In this document: piece by piece, positions 11,149 to 23,719 of the stretch | Position numbering within the stretch: position 1 is the first letter of the stretch | Layout of the letters: each line of letters opens with the position of its first letter | NCBI GenBank assembly: GCA_029717555.1 | Contig: JAMDHS010000003.1 | Coordinates: 124,001 to 188,000, forward strand | Length of the DNA stretch: 64,000 nucleotides | Origin: Peribolospora baueri | Lineage: Eukaryota | Direction: 5' to 3' | Notes under the pieces: model-generated | Database searches by the model: none | What the model was told of the DNA's origin: nothing | What the model saw: only the letters and a program-made list of their open reading frames with translations | Position numbers and translations under genes: made by a program

Positions 11149-14100
11149 ATGGCCGATTCGACCGATCGCCGACTCGTTCTCCCCGCCTCCGGAAGGCCCG
11201 GCACACGAGCGAGCGCCCTGCTCGACAGCCTCACATTGGGCAGCGAGGCGACATTCGAGCTCCAGGAGAGGGCAGTCTCTCTAAAGGGATACCAGCTGTA
11301 CGGCGTGGAGCAATGGTGAGCTGGCCGGAGGCGGGCACGGATCGTCGGTTCTGGCCTCACTGACGATAGTCGTCACTCATCACTTCTTCCATTCCCGCTT
11401 CGCTCAGGATTGTGGAGAGAGAGCGCAAGGTCCTCACCGTTACCGTCTTCACGGGAGACGAACGAAACGAGGTGAGTGTGAACGTCAGCTTCATCGTCCT
11501 TACCAAGGGCTACGTCGTGCGTTTATAGTAGCTGGGTCACGAACGACACCGTTGCCTACTCAGATCTCTGTCGACATCCTACGACCCCGATCCACTCTGT
11601 CAAGCGAAGAGGCGGCGCAAGTGTTTTCCAGTACGGTCAACTTGTTGCGCGGAGACGGAGCGAGGCCGAAACAGGCAAGTGTCGCTTGCCTCGAGATTCT
11701 TCGAACCAATTTCCTCTTGGTACTGCAATCGAGCTAATCGTCACTCTGTACCACTGCACCAGACGGTCAATGGAACACTCCTCGTAACGTCGCTAGGCTA
11801 CTTTCGCTCCGACCTGAACATCGTCCTGATTCCTGGAGGTTCTCTTCCCGAAACCTTAGACGACCTTTATGTCAACATCGATCTCCGTCGCATAGGGTGC
11901 TCGGGAAGGTCTAGCCTGTCGCTCGCCAAGCCGAGGTGAGTTTTTTTTTTTTTCGGATGGATCGTTCGTTCCTTTGGGCTTGTTCGCACATTCAAAATGT
12001 CCCCTTCTCCAGCGAAGCGCAGCGTGACAGGTTCTTCGCCACCTACCACATCCTTCCGCCTTCTGTCAGCTCCACCCACTCTTCCAACCCAACAGGGACG
12101 GCGACGAAAGAGCATGGACTGGTTAAAGACCCTACACCCAACTTCGACGGGCCTGTCGTCCAGGCCACACTCTCTTCCACGTCTCAGCGCGACTCAGCCA
12201 TCGCACCGCCGGCTCCGTCCGCCAGCGAGGCAGTAGCCGAGCCTCGTGACGGCCTCTCCCACTGTGTCCTCGAGCTGATCCGACTCATCCAGCTCTCGCT
12301 CTCCGTATTCGGCGTTTTCCGTGAGAGCAACGCCGATGGGCTCTTGTGCGATGCTACTGTCGATGCCATCGGGCGATGGACGGCAGAGATTGGCGAAGAA
12401 GTGTTCGATATGGAGGTGAGCAAATCGTTCCGACCGTCGTTTTTGTCTGCTCACGTCTCCTTGACGATGTACCCTGATCCCGCCGCACTCGCTCGGTTCT
12501 CCTCAGCCCGCCGACATGCTCCTCGACCCTGCCACGGTCGCCTCCCTGCTCTCGCTGGTCTGTGGTCTGCGACTGCGACTAGCCGTCTTGGGCTTCCAAC
12601 AATCTTCAAAGGACGTGACCATCGAGCCAAAGTCATTCTTTTCCGCCATCGCCGCCTTCCAAAAAGCACAACACGCCGGAACAGGCGTTCGCACTCTTTC
12701 CTTTACCTCCCCGCCCTCCAGCGCGGGCACCTCCGCCGCAGGCGGAACTCTCGACCAACGCTTTGACCTCAACCTCGTCCAGCGCGTCTTCGAGGCCTAT
12801 GCTGCCCGACAAGGCGGTCGGTTGGCGCTGGTAGACAACCTGAAAATCCACCGCGTGCTCCTTTCCAAGATCGACGACCTCTCCGCCACCGGCCGAGCCA
12901 ACATCAACCTGCGCTCCGATCCCAACGCGGGCTTCAACCTGCACGGCCTGCCCGGATCGCATCACCACCACGGCAAGGACGTCGAGCTGGAGACGATAAG
13001 CATCGAGGCGTTCGCCAAGATGGCCCAGAGCGGTACGGTTCATGCCATGCCTGAAGCGATTCGAGCGCTCTGGACGGGAAAATTGCGCAAGGACGCCGAG
13101 GGAAGGCATATTCTCGAAGCAGCGGGCATGAGGGAGAGCGATCGCACGAGGCTGAGGTTGGAGCGCGAGAGGGAGGGCATCGCACCCGGCGCGGGAAATC
13201 AGGGTGGTGAGGGGGCGGGTGTCGAGCCGAGAGAGGGGGGAGGGTTGGGAAAGCAGGGGCGACACTTTCTTAAAGGGGTCGGAGAGAGGACGACGAGGAC
13301 GAGGAGGGCCGTCAAGGAGGGCGTCACCGGGTGGGTACACTTTCCCGACTTTCCTAATGAGCAGGGAATAGAGAGATGGGCGGCTCGTCGATCCTGACTC
13401 CTTTTCCACTCGCACCGTCACATAGGCTCATACGGAGAGCTCAGGATAGTAGCAGCGACTCGGAGGAGCATTCAGACGATGACGTGCCGCGGCAACCTCC
13501 GAAGAACGTCCCTAGTCTTTTGCTCTCTTCAGCGGACGCCGCCGACGATGAGGGGGCGCATGGCGAGCGTGAGCACGACTCCGGGAAGAACCTTCTTGGG
13601 TTTGATATCAATTCGGCTGACCCATTCCAATCCCTCATCACCTTTTTACTCATCTATAGCAACGCCGCGACTATCCCGACACGGCTCTCCCGTCCCGTCT
13701 GCGCAATCCAGCACGACCAACCTAGCCGGTTCGACCCCTACGCCAACACGAGAGCGCTTTCTGCCCTTTTTCATGACCCGCACGGGCGCAGGTCCCATCT
13801 CTAACTCGCTCAGCGCGGGCGGCGTCGGCTCAGCGGTGGGAGCCATGTTCAAGCCTCTCCTGAACGCCGGCGGTGAGCTCATCTCTCGGCCCGGTAGCAC
13901 GGGTCCTTACCCCGGGCCGACGGCGGGGGCGGGGGCGGGGGGCGAGGACAAGGCTAGCGGAGGGTTGATGGGCGGTCTGATGGCGTACCGCCGACCAGAC
14001 CTGCGCCGGGTGGTGAGCGACAACGGCATGCCCGTATCGCACCATCCAGCTCCCTCTCATGAGCCCGTCGACGGCCTCGATCCTCTCGGAGGCTCGAACG

Positions 14101-15350
14101 CGCTCGGCATCGCCAGGCCTGCTAGCACCGCGCCTCCCGAGAAGGAGTCATTCTTGGCTGACGGTGAGGATGGACTGCATGACGTAGGTCGACGGTCGCT
14201 GACGAGAATGAGACGGAGGTGGAGCTTCTCCACTTGCGACGAGATGAGGGAGGTTGTCAAAGTGGCAGACAGGTACGTGCTTTTCTTGTGCAGCGGAGCG
14301 ACGTGGCCCTGGGGGAACAGGAGCTCTGGACGAATCGATCGAAGAGAGCTTGACTCTGGCTTGCCTCTGCGACAGGCGCAAGATGCAAGCGGATATCGAG
14401 CTGCACATGACTTATCTCGAGCTACTCAAACGGGAGAAACGATTGCAGCAGAACGCGGCCGACCTCGAGGTGTGTATCGGTCGGCCTCTGTCCAGGGGCG
14501 AGTCGAGTCGTTGCGTGCTGACCATTCTTATCTTCGTCGGTGCCTATATACTCGCGTGCAGTCGCTCTCCGACTCGTGGTCGGAAGCCTTTCGTTCGCTG
14601 GTGCAAGCCTTCCTGAACCGGCGCTCCGAGGTGTTCCGCCTGGAAGCAGAGGTGAACGAGTTGAGCCGAGCGGCGGCGCTGATCGTGGGAGCGGACGAGG
14701 AGGTAGAGGACGGGGGATCGCCGGCGAATGCGATGCCTTCCTCGTCCGAGGCGCTCAGTCACCCAGTCTCCCGTCCTCGCTCTGCGTCTGTCTCTCGAAC
14801 GATGCGCAACAGTACTGCTGGGGGGATCGGGTGGGAAGGCCCGGTCTCTCGGTCGAGGAGCAACTCGCAAGCGAGGAACGACGGGAACGCGGGAGAGGGC
14901 GGCGTCCCGGAGAAAGGGCGAGAGCAAGACGACAAGTTCACCCTCCGAGCGCTCGATACGGGCTCGGCGCGCCTACGGTATGGCCTAGTAGTGCTCGAGG
15001 ACAAGCTAAGGGACGTAGACGATTTCGTGCGCGGGGTGCAGAGCCGATTAGAGAGTTTCGGGCTGCACGTCGATGGGGAGCCGGACCCGGATGTTGAGAG
15101 CGGGGCTTCGGAGTGGCATGGCAAGGCGGAGACGGGGAAGGCTGAGGGCGAACGGGAAGGGGGAGGGGGAGGGGGAGGGGGAGGGATGCGTGCGTTGGAC
15201 GGGCGGGAGACGAAGCGGATGGTGAGGGAAATGGTGAGGGAGGGGAGCAGTGTGTTCGACAAGCCAGGCGCGAGACCGCAGGGAAGCGGAGGCGGCTCGA
15301 AGCTGACGGGCTGGGTGGACGGGTTGAGGCGGTGGTTGGCAGGGTGGTGA
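11149..15350 (+). CDS. Stb6-like (Sin3-binding protein, STB6 N-terminal domain) protein, multi-exon
   Basis: Exon 1 MADSTDRRLVLP...LKGYQLYGVEQW, then GTLLVTSLGYFRSDLNIVLIPGG, LYVNIDLRRIGCSGRSSLSL, VLELIRLIQLSLSVFG and DGLLCDATVDAI, which match STB6_N-type segments. Long low-complexity and coiled-coil C-terminus. Internal exon limits are uncertain. Confidence 0.8.
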
Positions 15351-15830
15351 TTGGGATGAAGGGATGGGGATAACTTGGTGATATTGGTGGTGACGGTGGT
15401 GGTGACGGCGATGGTGACGGTGGTGGGGTCGACGATGATGCTTGGACGAGCGTCAGTCCTCATGGAAGAACGATCTGCGGCGGCGCCTCTTCTTCTGTCT
15501 GTTCCTCCATCTCCGTCTCCATCTCCATCTCCTCCTCTTCTCTCTCCTGTATGTATCCCGAGTCCGAGCGCAAACCATCAACGAAACGTCAGATCGTCCG
15601 GCTTCTTTTCGCACCTTCCGCCCCCAATCCGCCTCCGCCGCTCGCCCAAGCACGAGACTCAGGGCGGCCGACGTCGTCCTCGTTCGTCGTTCCACAACGT
15701 CCGTCGATCGACCACCACCTCCGTCGCCCCCCTTTCCTCACCCTTACTCCGCCACATCCTCGCCTCGCCCCTTTCGTCCTCCTCCCTACCGGTCCCATCG
15801 ACAGGCCACGCCACACCGTCCATCTTGAGA

Positions 15831-17876
15831 ATGCCTCCTCGGTCCATCAAGATCTTCTCCTACGTCCCCTCCGGCGACGGCGCCCCCGGCGCCCCCGGCT
15901 CAGGCGAGCGCGACCACTCGCCCACCCTCAGCGATATCTCCACCTCAGAAGATGACGAGGGTGAGCCCGCCACGCCGTCCACCCTCCCCGCTCACACCTC
16001 TCCCGCTCTCGGCGGAGACGCCCAGCTGCCTCAGGATGCCGCGGCGCCGGGGGATGGAGACGGGGAGACGGTACAGTGTCTCTGGGAGGATTGCGGAGAG
16101 ACGTTCAGCGATCTGCAACCTTTTATCGCACATTTGCACACTCGTGAGTGACCCCCTCTGTTCGTTCATCTGTCCGCCTCGTAGTGCAACGCAACGCAGC
16201 GCTTCGCACGCATCCTGTCTCCTTCGGGTAGCTTCGGATGAGATGAGCGTCATGCGCGCTCTCAAGAGGTGGGACGTCTTTCTGTTGCATGGAACCTCTC
16301 GTCGCTGACGCCGGTCCCTCCTCTTTCCTTTGCCGCCCTTTTCTTCTCCCGCCGTTATTCGCAGTGCACATTGGCATCCATAAGTCCAAATACACCTGCG
16401 AATGGACGGACTGTCCTCGCAAGGGTAAAGCTCAGACATCCAGGTTCGCTTTGCTTAGCCACCTTCGCAGTCACACTGGCGAAAAGCCTTTCACCTGTCC
16501 GAGACCTGGTGAGCGGCAACCTCCGCCCCTTTGCTTTCGTAGTCTTCCATTTTTTGCCCTACCTGGCGGGCATTAGCTGACTCGCCGAATTAACGTCGTC
16601 CGCCCTTTCTACTCCCATCACAGAATGCGACAAATCCTTCACCCGTTCTGACGCCTTGGCGAAGCACATGCGAATTCAGCATAACATCAATCCTGCCCCT
16701 TCCCGACGTCGAGGCGGCGCGCTGGAAAAAGTCACCATCGATGGCGACGAGGGTGGCGTCGGTGGCGCCGGAGATGCCGGCGCTGGCGGTGCAGCAGGCG
16801 GCGCGGATGGCACATTGGACGAGGAGCTTCTCGAGATGGCCGAGGGTGCCGGCGCAGCGGACGAAACCGGCGGCGGCGGCGGACCGCCGATGGGAACGGG
16901 CACCGGCATCTTCACGGAGCGTGTCAAGCACGAGCCGCTAGACAGCGACGACGAGGACCTGGAGCGCATCCTCCTCTCCCTCGGACCGAGCACCTCGTCC
17001 AGCTTGCACACCTGGCGGAGCAGCCCGCCTCCGACCATCGGCACGGACTCGGTCTTGGGCAACGGCGGTGGTCCTACGCCACACGAGAACGGCTCGAGGC
17101 CGAACGGCAAGGACAAAGAAAAGGGCAAGGGCAAGGGTAAAGGCAAAGTGCGAGATCGTTCGTCCGCCGATCTCGACGTGCAATCTTCAGGGGAAGAAAG
17201 CGATAGCAGCTTCTCGATCTCCGGCCATGGGCCAGGGGAGCAAGAGCAGCAGCGAAAGCGGGCGCGTCGGGAGTCGGCGGATGGAGGAGCTGGCGGGAGC
17301 GGTGCGACCGTCAACGGCCATGGGCTTGCGAGCCAAGGGCAAGGGCAAGGACAAGGACAAGGACAAGGGCAAGGGCAAGGGCAAGGGCAAGGGCAAGGGC
17401 AAGGGCAAGGGCAAGGGCAAGGGCAAGGGCAAGGGCAAGGGCAAGGGCAAGGGCAAGGGCAAGGGCAAGGGCAAGGGCAAGGGCAAGGGCAAGGACAAGG
17501 ACAAGACCAAGGACAAGGACAAGGGCCAGGGGAAGAGCAATCAGGGTTGGGTGGGTCGAGGACAGAGGAGTTGTCGCAGATCCGGGCTCAATACCTGGTG
17601 ATGAAGGCGAAGCACCGGTACCTCGCTAGGGAGCAGGAAATGCTTGTCGACGAGCTAAGGAGGCTCAAAACGGAGGAAGAGGAAGAGAGTCTGGCGACAA
17701 AGGCGTGGCTGAGGGCGGTGGTGGCGAGGGAGCTGGGAGAAGAGGCGATGCTGGACGGGGTGCTCTGGAGCAGGGAGAGTAGTCCTGAGGCAGCGGGCTT
17801 GAAGGTGCAGGCGCACCAAGTGCACAGGGGTGCGAAGAGGATCTCTGGCGTGAGGGCCGTCGCCGCTGGCAAGTAG
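15831..17876 (+). CDS. GLI/Zic-like C2H2 zinc-finger protein, Iec1 (INO80 complex subunit 1)-like, 3 exons
   Basis: CLWEDCGETF...HLH|..HIGIHKSKYTCEWTDCPRKGKAQTSRFALLSHLRSHTGEKPFTCPRP|ECDKSFTRSDALAKHMRIQH. C-terminal helix YLVMKAKHRYL. Contains a (QG)n tract. Confidence 0.82.
17334..17525 (+). repeat. Coding hexanucleotide microsatellite (CAAGGG/CAAGGA)n, about 31-32 units, encoding poly-(Gln-Gly)
   Basis: Directly visible GGGCAA array flanked by GGACAA variants, in frame within the zinc-finger gene. Confidence 0.97.
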
Positions 17877-18292
17877 CTAGCTACCGCCGTTTGACCCCTT
17901 ATGGGCGCATCCTCTTCCTTGATCACTGGCTCCATTCGTCCTCCCTTCGTCACGCTCTCGCAAATGTTCTGTTTAGTCCACTTCTCTCATCCGCTCTTCG
18001 GTTCTGTATTGTACGGCCGTGTCCCAGATTGTGATTGTGAGGGCCTCAAGTAGGGACGATGAACGTACCAATCTCCCTCATTTCACTCAGATGGCCTCGA
18101 CACGACATGCTCGCGACACCAACTCCTGACCGGCGAGAGTCGCGCGTCCGACTGGGAAGGTGCCAAGGTCGCCGCAGCGTGGGCCCGCGTGCGCGAGCGG
18201 TCTCTGCCACGCAACGCCGCTCCGTCCCTCTCCGCGATCACCGCCCAGTCTTCCCACTCGGAACACCAACTCTCACCTCATCCCTTCTCGCC

Positions 18293-18794
18293 ATGTCTCT
18301 TCTCCGCCGCCCGGCCACGACGCTGGCCAAGCGTCTCTACAGCACCAAGGCCAACCTCCCCGTCCCTCCGAAGATTGCCTCTCCCGAGGCGCTCTCCAAG
18401 TCCTCCGGCTCGCAGCGCATGGCCCAGGTCGTGGACTTCTACTCCAAGCTCCCCAAAGGTGCGCTTCCCAAGAAGGCTGGCGGCGGCATCAAGGCGCGCT
18501 TCTTCGATGGCGAGAACGCATCCGGTACTCCTCTTGTCGCTACGATCGGTGCTTTGCTGTTGATCGGTTACACCATCGATTACAACATGCACTTGAGTGA
18601 GTCGTCCATCCCGCTCGTGGCGTCATGTGCCTGCGGGCCGATACCGACTGTCGGCATGACTGTTTGCTTGCCCTAGAGGACGTCTACGTATTGGTCCTCA
18701 TGTTCTCTTGTCACGATCGATCACTCACTGATTCATTTCCGATTCGCGCGTGTCTCGCCTCCTCTTAGAGCACCACAAGAACCACCACCACTGA
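18293..18794 (+). CDS. ATP17: Mitochondrial F1Fo ATP synthase subunit f
   Basis: VPPKIAS...RMAQVVDFYSKLPKG...KARFFDGENASGTPLV...LIGYTIDYNMHL|KHHKNHHH*. Intron 18597-18768. Confidence 0.95.
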
Positions 18795-19521
18795 GCGTGG
18801 CAGCCTTGGCGTTGCCGGACGGACAAGAAGGCCTGCCGTCGGTGAGCACCTGCGTCCTTCCAGTGTGACTGTTGCTCTCCGGCAACGGTCCGAGCCGCGC
18901 CTAAATCTGGTTTCTTTCCTTTCTTGTCCTCCTTTCCACGCCCGAAAACGCTTCGCTTACTTTTTACCCTTCTGGTTCGCCTTCTTCCTGCCTTCATTCT
19001 TCCCCCCATCCGACATGTTGTCCCCGACGCCCCTAGATCCACACTAGATCCTCGTTGCACGCAGAACAGACTATTCTACTCCCTTGTCAAAGTCGAGTAG
19101 ATCCTGTCGACGTGCACTGCAAGGGAAAGATCATCAGGACTTGAACCAGAAGATGGCATCAATCTCGTGAGATTCTGGAGATTTGGATACAGATATCGAG
19201 ATAGGCGTGCCGTGGCAAAGGCACGACGGAAAGGGAGAGAAGAACAAAAAGTGCCGCAGAGCATGATAGATAAAGTCACAACGGTCTCCTCGGGAATAAA
19301 CGAACAGACAAGCGAAAACAGGAGGGATACGACGAAGACGAGAGAAAAATACAGTGAGCGGTCAAATCGGTTGGTTGTATCGAGGAAAAGTAAGGGATAA
19401 GATGCGAAGGGCAATGGAGAAAGGGTCTTGGGAAAGAGGAATGAGTCGAGAAGAAGATGCTAGGCGTAGTGCTTCATCGGCGGTGATATGCATGTCGAAG
19501 GCGAGGTCTACCAGGTTGTCG

Positions 19522-22500
19522 CTAGACCGGCAACTGTTCCTCCCCCGTCATAAACTAGAAATTGGACGAAAGACGTGGAATGCAGAAGCATCAAATCAAC
19601 TGGTCAGCCGAAATAGGTCTGCTTTAAGATGAAACGGACGACCGCGCTGCTCCCTCTCCAAATCGCCGAGCGCACAAGAAAGACAACGTCCACATGGCAA
19701 AGGAGAACTCACGGCTTCCTTCGCTTTGGGGAAGTGATCCTGCTCCGTTGCTCGGTCGATGGCGAAGCAGATGTAGAGCGTGTCCACTCTGAGAAGGAGA
19801 CGGCGGCAGAAAGCGAGGGAGAGGAATGTATGAGCCTGGGACAAAATGTGCGAGCTTTGGATGCAGAATAACATAGATAGGACACCCACGCATTTGCCAA
19901 CAAGTCGCCGCAGAAGCGGAGGATCCAGAAAGGTACGACAGCGCAGAGAAGGGCGAGCAGCGGGGCGTCTACGGGGTCAGAGAGGGAGTGCGCCGCGTAG
20001 AGGAAACCGCCGATGCCAGCAAGCAAGGCGAGTGAGACGGAGGCGACTCGGAGGAGGAGGTTGACGAGCATGCCTGTAGGCCGGACAAGGTGGTCGAGTG
20101 CGCAAGTCGATCTGGTGAGACGGGGGCGGTAGTACTGGAGACAGGAGCGGGCAATGGATAAAGACTGCCAGATACTCACCCTCTACCAGTCCCTTGATCC
20201 CCCTCGTATTCGTGAAAGTGACGACCTTTCTAGCGCTCTGCCAGAACGGATCTCCAGTGATGCCGACGTAAATAAGTGCGTACCGACTGAAGGAATCCAT
20301 GGCACCATGAACGAACGCGAAGAAGGCACTGAGATGGGATATGGGCGACAACAAGTCCGGCAATCGGGAGGAGCGGGAGATACGGCGCGCTTGCGAGGCC
20401 GCTAGGGAGGCGGTTTGGGTGAGAGAGAGAATCAAGCCCGCTTGGCAGGATGAGCCAAGGGAGGGACCGGTCGCACGGGCGAAAGCGGCACGGACTACTT
20501 GATCTGGTGACGGAGCGTCAGGACCGTCACTGCACGAGCCAGAGAGGTAAAGAATCGGAACACGATCAGAAGCTAATCAAAATGCTGGTTACGAGGACGA
20601 AGGGGCGTGACTTACCGGTGAAAGTAGTACTGGCTGACAACGCCAGCGACGGTAACCCTCATGACGCCTCTCACGACGGCCCACGTCCAAAGCCACACGC
20701 AAAATGTGGCAAAGGCGAGCCATCCAGCACGAGCTTCGATATGCCACGACCATCCCCCCCGTTCCGTAGTCTTCGAGAAGTGTCCAATGAGGAAGAGGCG
20801 AATAAATATGGTAAGGAAGGGTATACTGACGGAAGCGAAGGCAATGATGCAGAGGACTGAGAGGCCGAGGAGAGCAGGATGACCAACGAGGATGCCGGTC
20901 GCAACCTGGGTTCCGATAGGTAAGAGTCACCGAAAGGAATTCGACAGGTGAGTTTTTGCCGAGACCTGACATGCGGCGTGTACAATCGCTCACCTCTACC
21001 ACCCGCATTGTTCTCTCCACCCTCGCCCGCCTAGCCCAGACCATCTTTGCGAACACGACGGCGACGACGACGGGTACGAGGCTGAACAACCGCAGCCCGG
21101 TCGTGGTCCACCAGCTATTCCTCCATTGCTCCTCCTCGTAAAAGAAGCTACCGGCGAAGGCCCAAAAGCTGCTGATGACTAGCACGCTGGGGACGCCGAG
21201 AAGGGCCGCCTTGCAGACCGCTCGAGCCAAAGGAGATGAGGAAAGAGAGGCGAAACGAGGAAAGACAAAGGCGAAAGCGGCCACGAGGTAGAAAGAGGCG
21301 GCACTCAGCAAGCACAGCAGAGGTATTGAGCGCGTGAGAGTGCTGTACGGAGACGGCAGCTTGGCATCGGGAGAGCCTGGCGGCTTGGATTTGGACGGCT
21401 TCCAGCAAACAGAAGTCACCAGGGTGAAGACGGTCGGTCAGAAGGAAAGCCAAAACGGTCCATACGAAACGATGTCTTCTTCACCAAGCAGATAAAAGCA
21501 CTCACCTCAACTCCCCAGACAGCGATGCCTCCCACAATCGCCGTTGCAATCAAGCTTCCCAGCCAAGCCGCCAACCAAGGGGCATCTTCGTACTTGCCCA
21601 TACCCACTCTACTCGCCCATGGGCCCCAGCCTTCTCTCGCCGGAGGAGCGGGGTACACGAACAGCGTCGTCACATCATCCTCTTCGGTCGCCGAAGCGAA
21701 TGGGTCGTTTGGATCTCGACGAGGACTTCGTCCCCCGCCCGGGCGAGAAGGACCGAGGAGCGGATGCCGGAGGTAAGACGGAGGCGAAGAGGGACGAGGA
21801 AGGTGGACGCTTGCTTGGGCCTGGTTCGCAGCGTAGTGGCCTCCGCGCATGCCGCGGCCTTTGGGCGGTGAGGACAGGAAGTCAGGGGGCACCAGGTCGT
21901 CTTCCTCGTCTCCCTCCCCAGCCTCGTCATGATACGGTTCCCGGGGACTAGAGTTGCTTTCGAAGGACCGAGCGCTTCCGCCCGGATCGTAGCGATAAAT
22001 GTCCGCCGGAACTCTTCGCGAGGGCTGTGTGCTTGTGTGGGGGCTTAAATTCGCCTGCGTCAAAGAGGACGAAGGCAGGACGCTTTGATGCGCAAGCCAG
22101 CCTTTGCCCCGGTAGCCGCCTGAGCCTGGGGCGGGGCCCGCACCGCCGAACATCTTCGACAGGGCACCTCCTTGCCAACGTTGGGACCCGGGTAACGCCT
22201 GACGAGGGTGACGTCCATCCACGGCACGAAGCCCCTGCCCGCCTCCATCCTTACCGTCGGCATCGGCGTCAAAGAGCAGGCTGTCGCGCTCCTCCGCCTC
22301 GTCTCCCCTCAAGTCATAAGGATCGATAGACGCATGCTTCCCGGTATCATGGTGGAAGGAAGAAGGAGTATCCAGGGCGGCGATCTGCGCGTCCAAGTCC
22401 TCTTCGTCGACGAAGGGATCGTCAGCCGCCTTGAGCGTCTTCCCTTTCGACCCTTTCGTCTTTGTGGGGTTCATCATGACGGAGATGCCCCGTCCTTCCG

Positions 22501-22873
22501 CGTCCTCCTCTTCTCCCTCGTCCTCTCCCCCATCGTGTGTCCGTGTCGCCACCTGTGAACCAGTAGCAGAGTCGGCCGGAATGGTGGAAGCGGCATCAGA
22601 GCCCCAGAGATGAGGGTCTTGCTCGTCATCGATCTCCCTGACTTCGCCTCCAGGACCCGCGCTGGTGGCACCCATCCCGGAACCGGACGAGTCCTGGCGA
22701 CCTAGTTCGCTGCTAGCCTCGCTTTCTTGAGCGCCGCTACCAAGCTCGAAGCCTGAGGCGGTGGAATAGAAGAGGGGGTTGGGCTCGTCTGCAGATGATG
22801 GCGCTACGGACGAAGGAGCGAGGTGGGAAGACTGGGATAAGAAGCGGGAGGCGTAGGCGGAGAAGGAAGTCAT
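19522..22873 (-). CDS. CTL (choline transporter-like, SLC44/Ctl1) family multi-pass membrane protein, multi-exon
   Basis: N-terminus MTSFSAYASRFLSQS, long disordered cytosolic region, several hydrophobic helices. CTL-type motifs SRYALIYVGITGDPFWQSARKV and |VDTLYICFAID. Probable last exon FMTGEEQLPV*. Confidence 0.82.
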
Positions 22874-23719
22874 GGCCACAGCCGACGTTATGACCGAATG
22901 CGCTCTGCTCTGACTCGAGTGGTCCTTTCCGGAAGCGGCGAGTGGACTGAGATCAATGGGCGCACAGACCGGCCAGCGATCGCGCGGCGAGCGATAGATA
23001 TGGACGACGCTTCCCTGGCGTCGTCAGCCAGTCAAGTCGATCGATCGATCGGTTGGTCGCTGCAAGCCAACTGTCGAAGACGTGGAGCAGAGGCCACCGG
23101 CGTCAATAAAGGAGAAAAAATAAGGTGTAGAGGAGAAGCGGGTGGAGCACCGAGGACGAAGCAGGACAGGGGCACTGGTTGCAGATGGTGGTTGGTCGAC
23201 TGGCCGCTCCTCCCCATCCGAGCGCCGATAATCGAGCGGACTCAACAGGGGCCACCACGTGACGGATAGCACGTGATACGCACAACTTGGATGATGCAAG
23301 ATATGCATCATTTGGTTCCTGTCCAGGCGAGCGGTGAGCTTTTTTGGGAGCACTATATATAACTTACACGAACGGGCGAATTGCAGGGCATGCACACTGG
23401 GGAGAGAAGGAAGGGCGAAAACGTAGAGCAAAGCCACGCGACGGGACGGGGATCAACAGACACGGTACGAGAATTTTACTAGTGTAGAGTAGGTCGATGA
23501 GCAGTGAGGAACGTTTGCGACGACGAACTGGAAAAAGCGCATATGGAATCGTCGTCTGCTGGCATGGTCTGAAAAGCAGGCGTGATAATCCAAGCAAGAA
23601 GCTAGATCTCCCCTTGGGAGAAAACGCGAGGACGAAGAGGATGCCGAGATCCACCGCTACCCACCCAACGGGCCCAACGGCAGATGGAAAGAGAAAATGT
23701 GAGTTTGGGTCGCGCGGCT

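Noticed and set aside
17068..17601. ORF-track poly-GK (+) and poly-LP (-) proteins
   Set aside because: These are alternative frames of the stop-free hexamer array inside the zinc-finger CDS.
17874..17895. TAG CTA G stop context after the zinc-finger gene, similar to the readthrough motif
   Set aside because: The efficient motif is TGA CTA. The extension (xLATAV*) carries no PTS1 or other signal.
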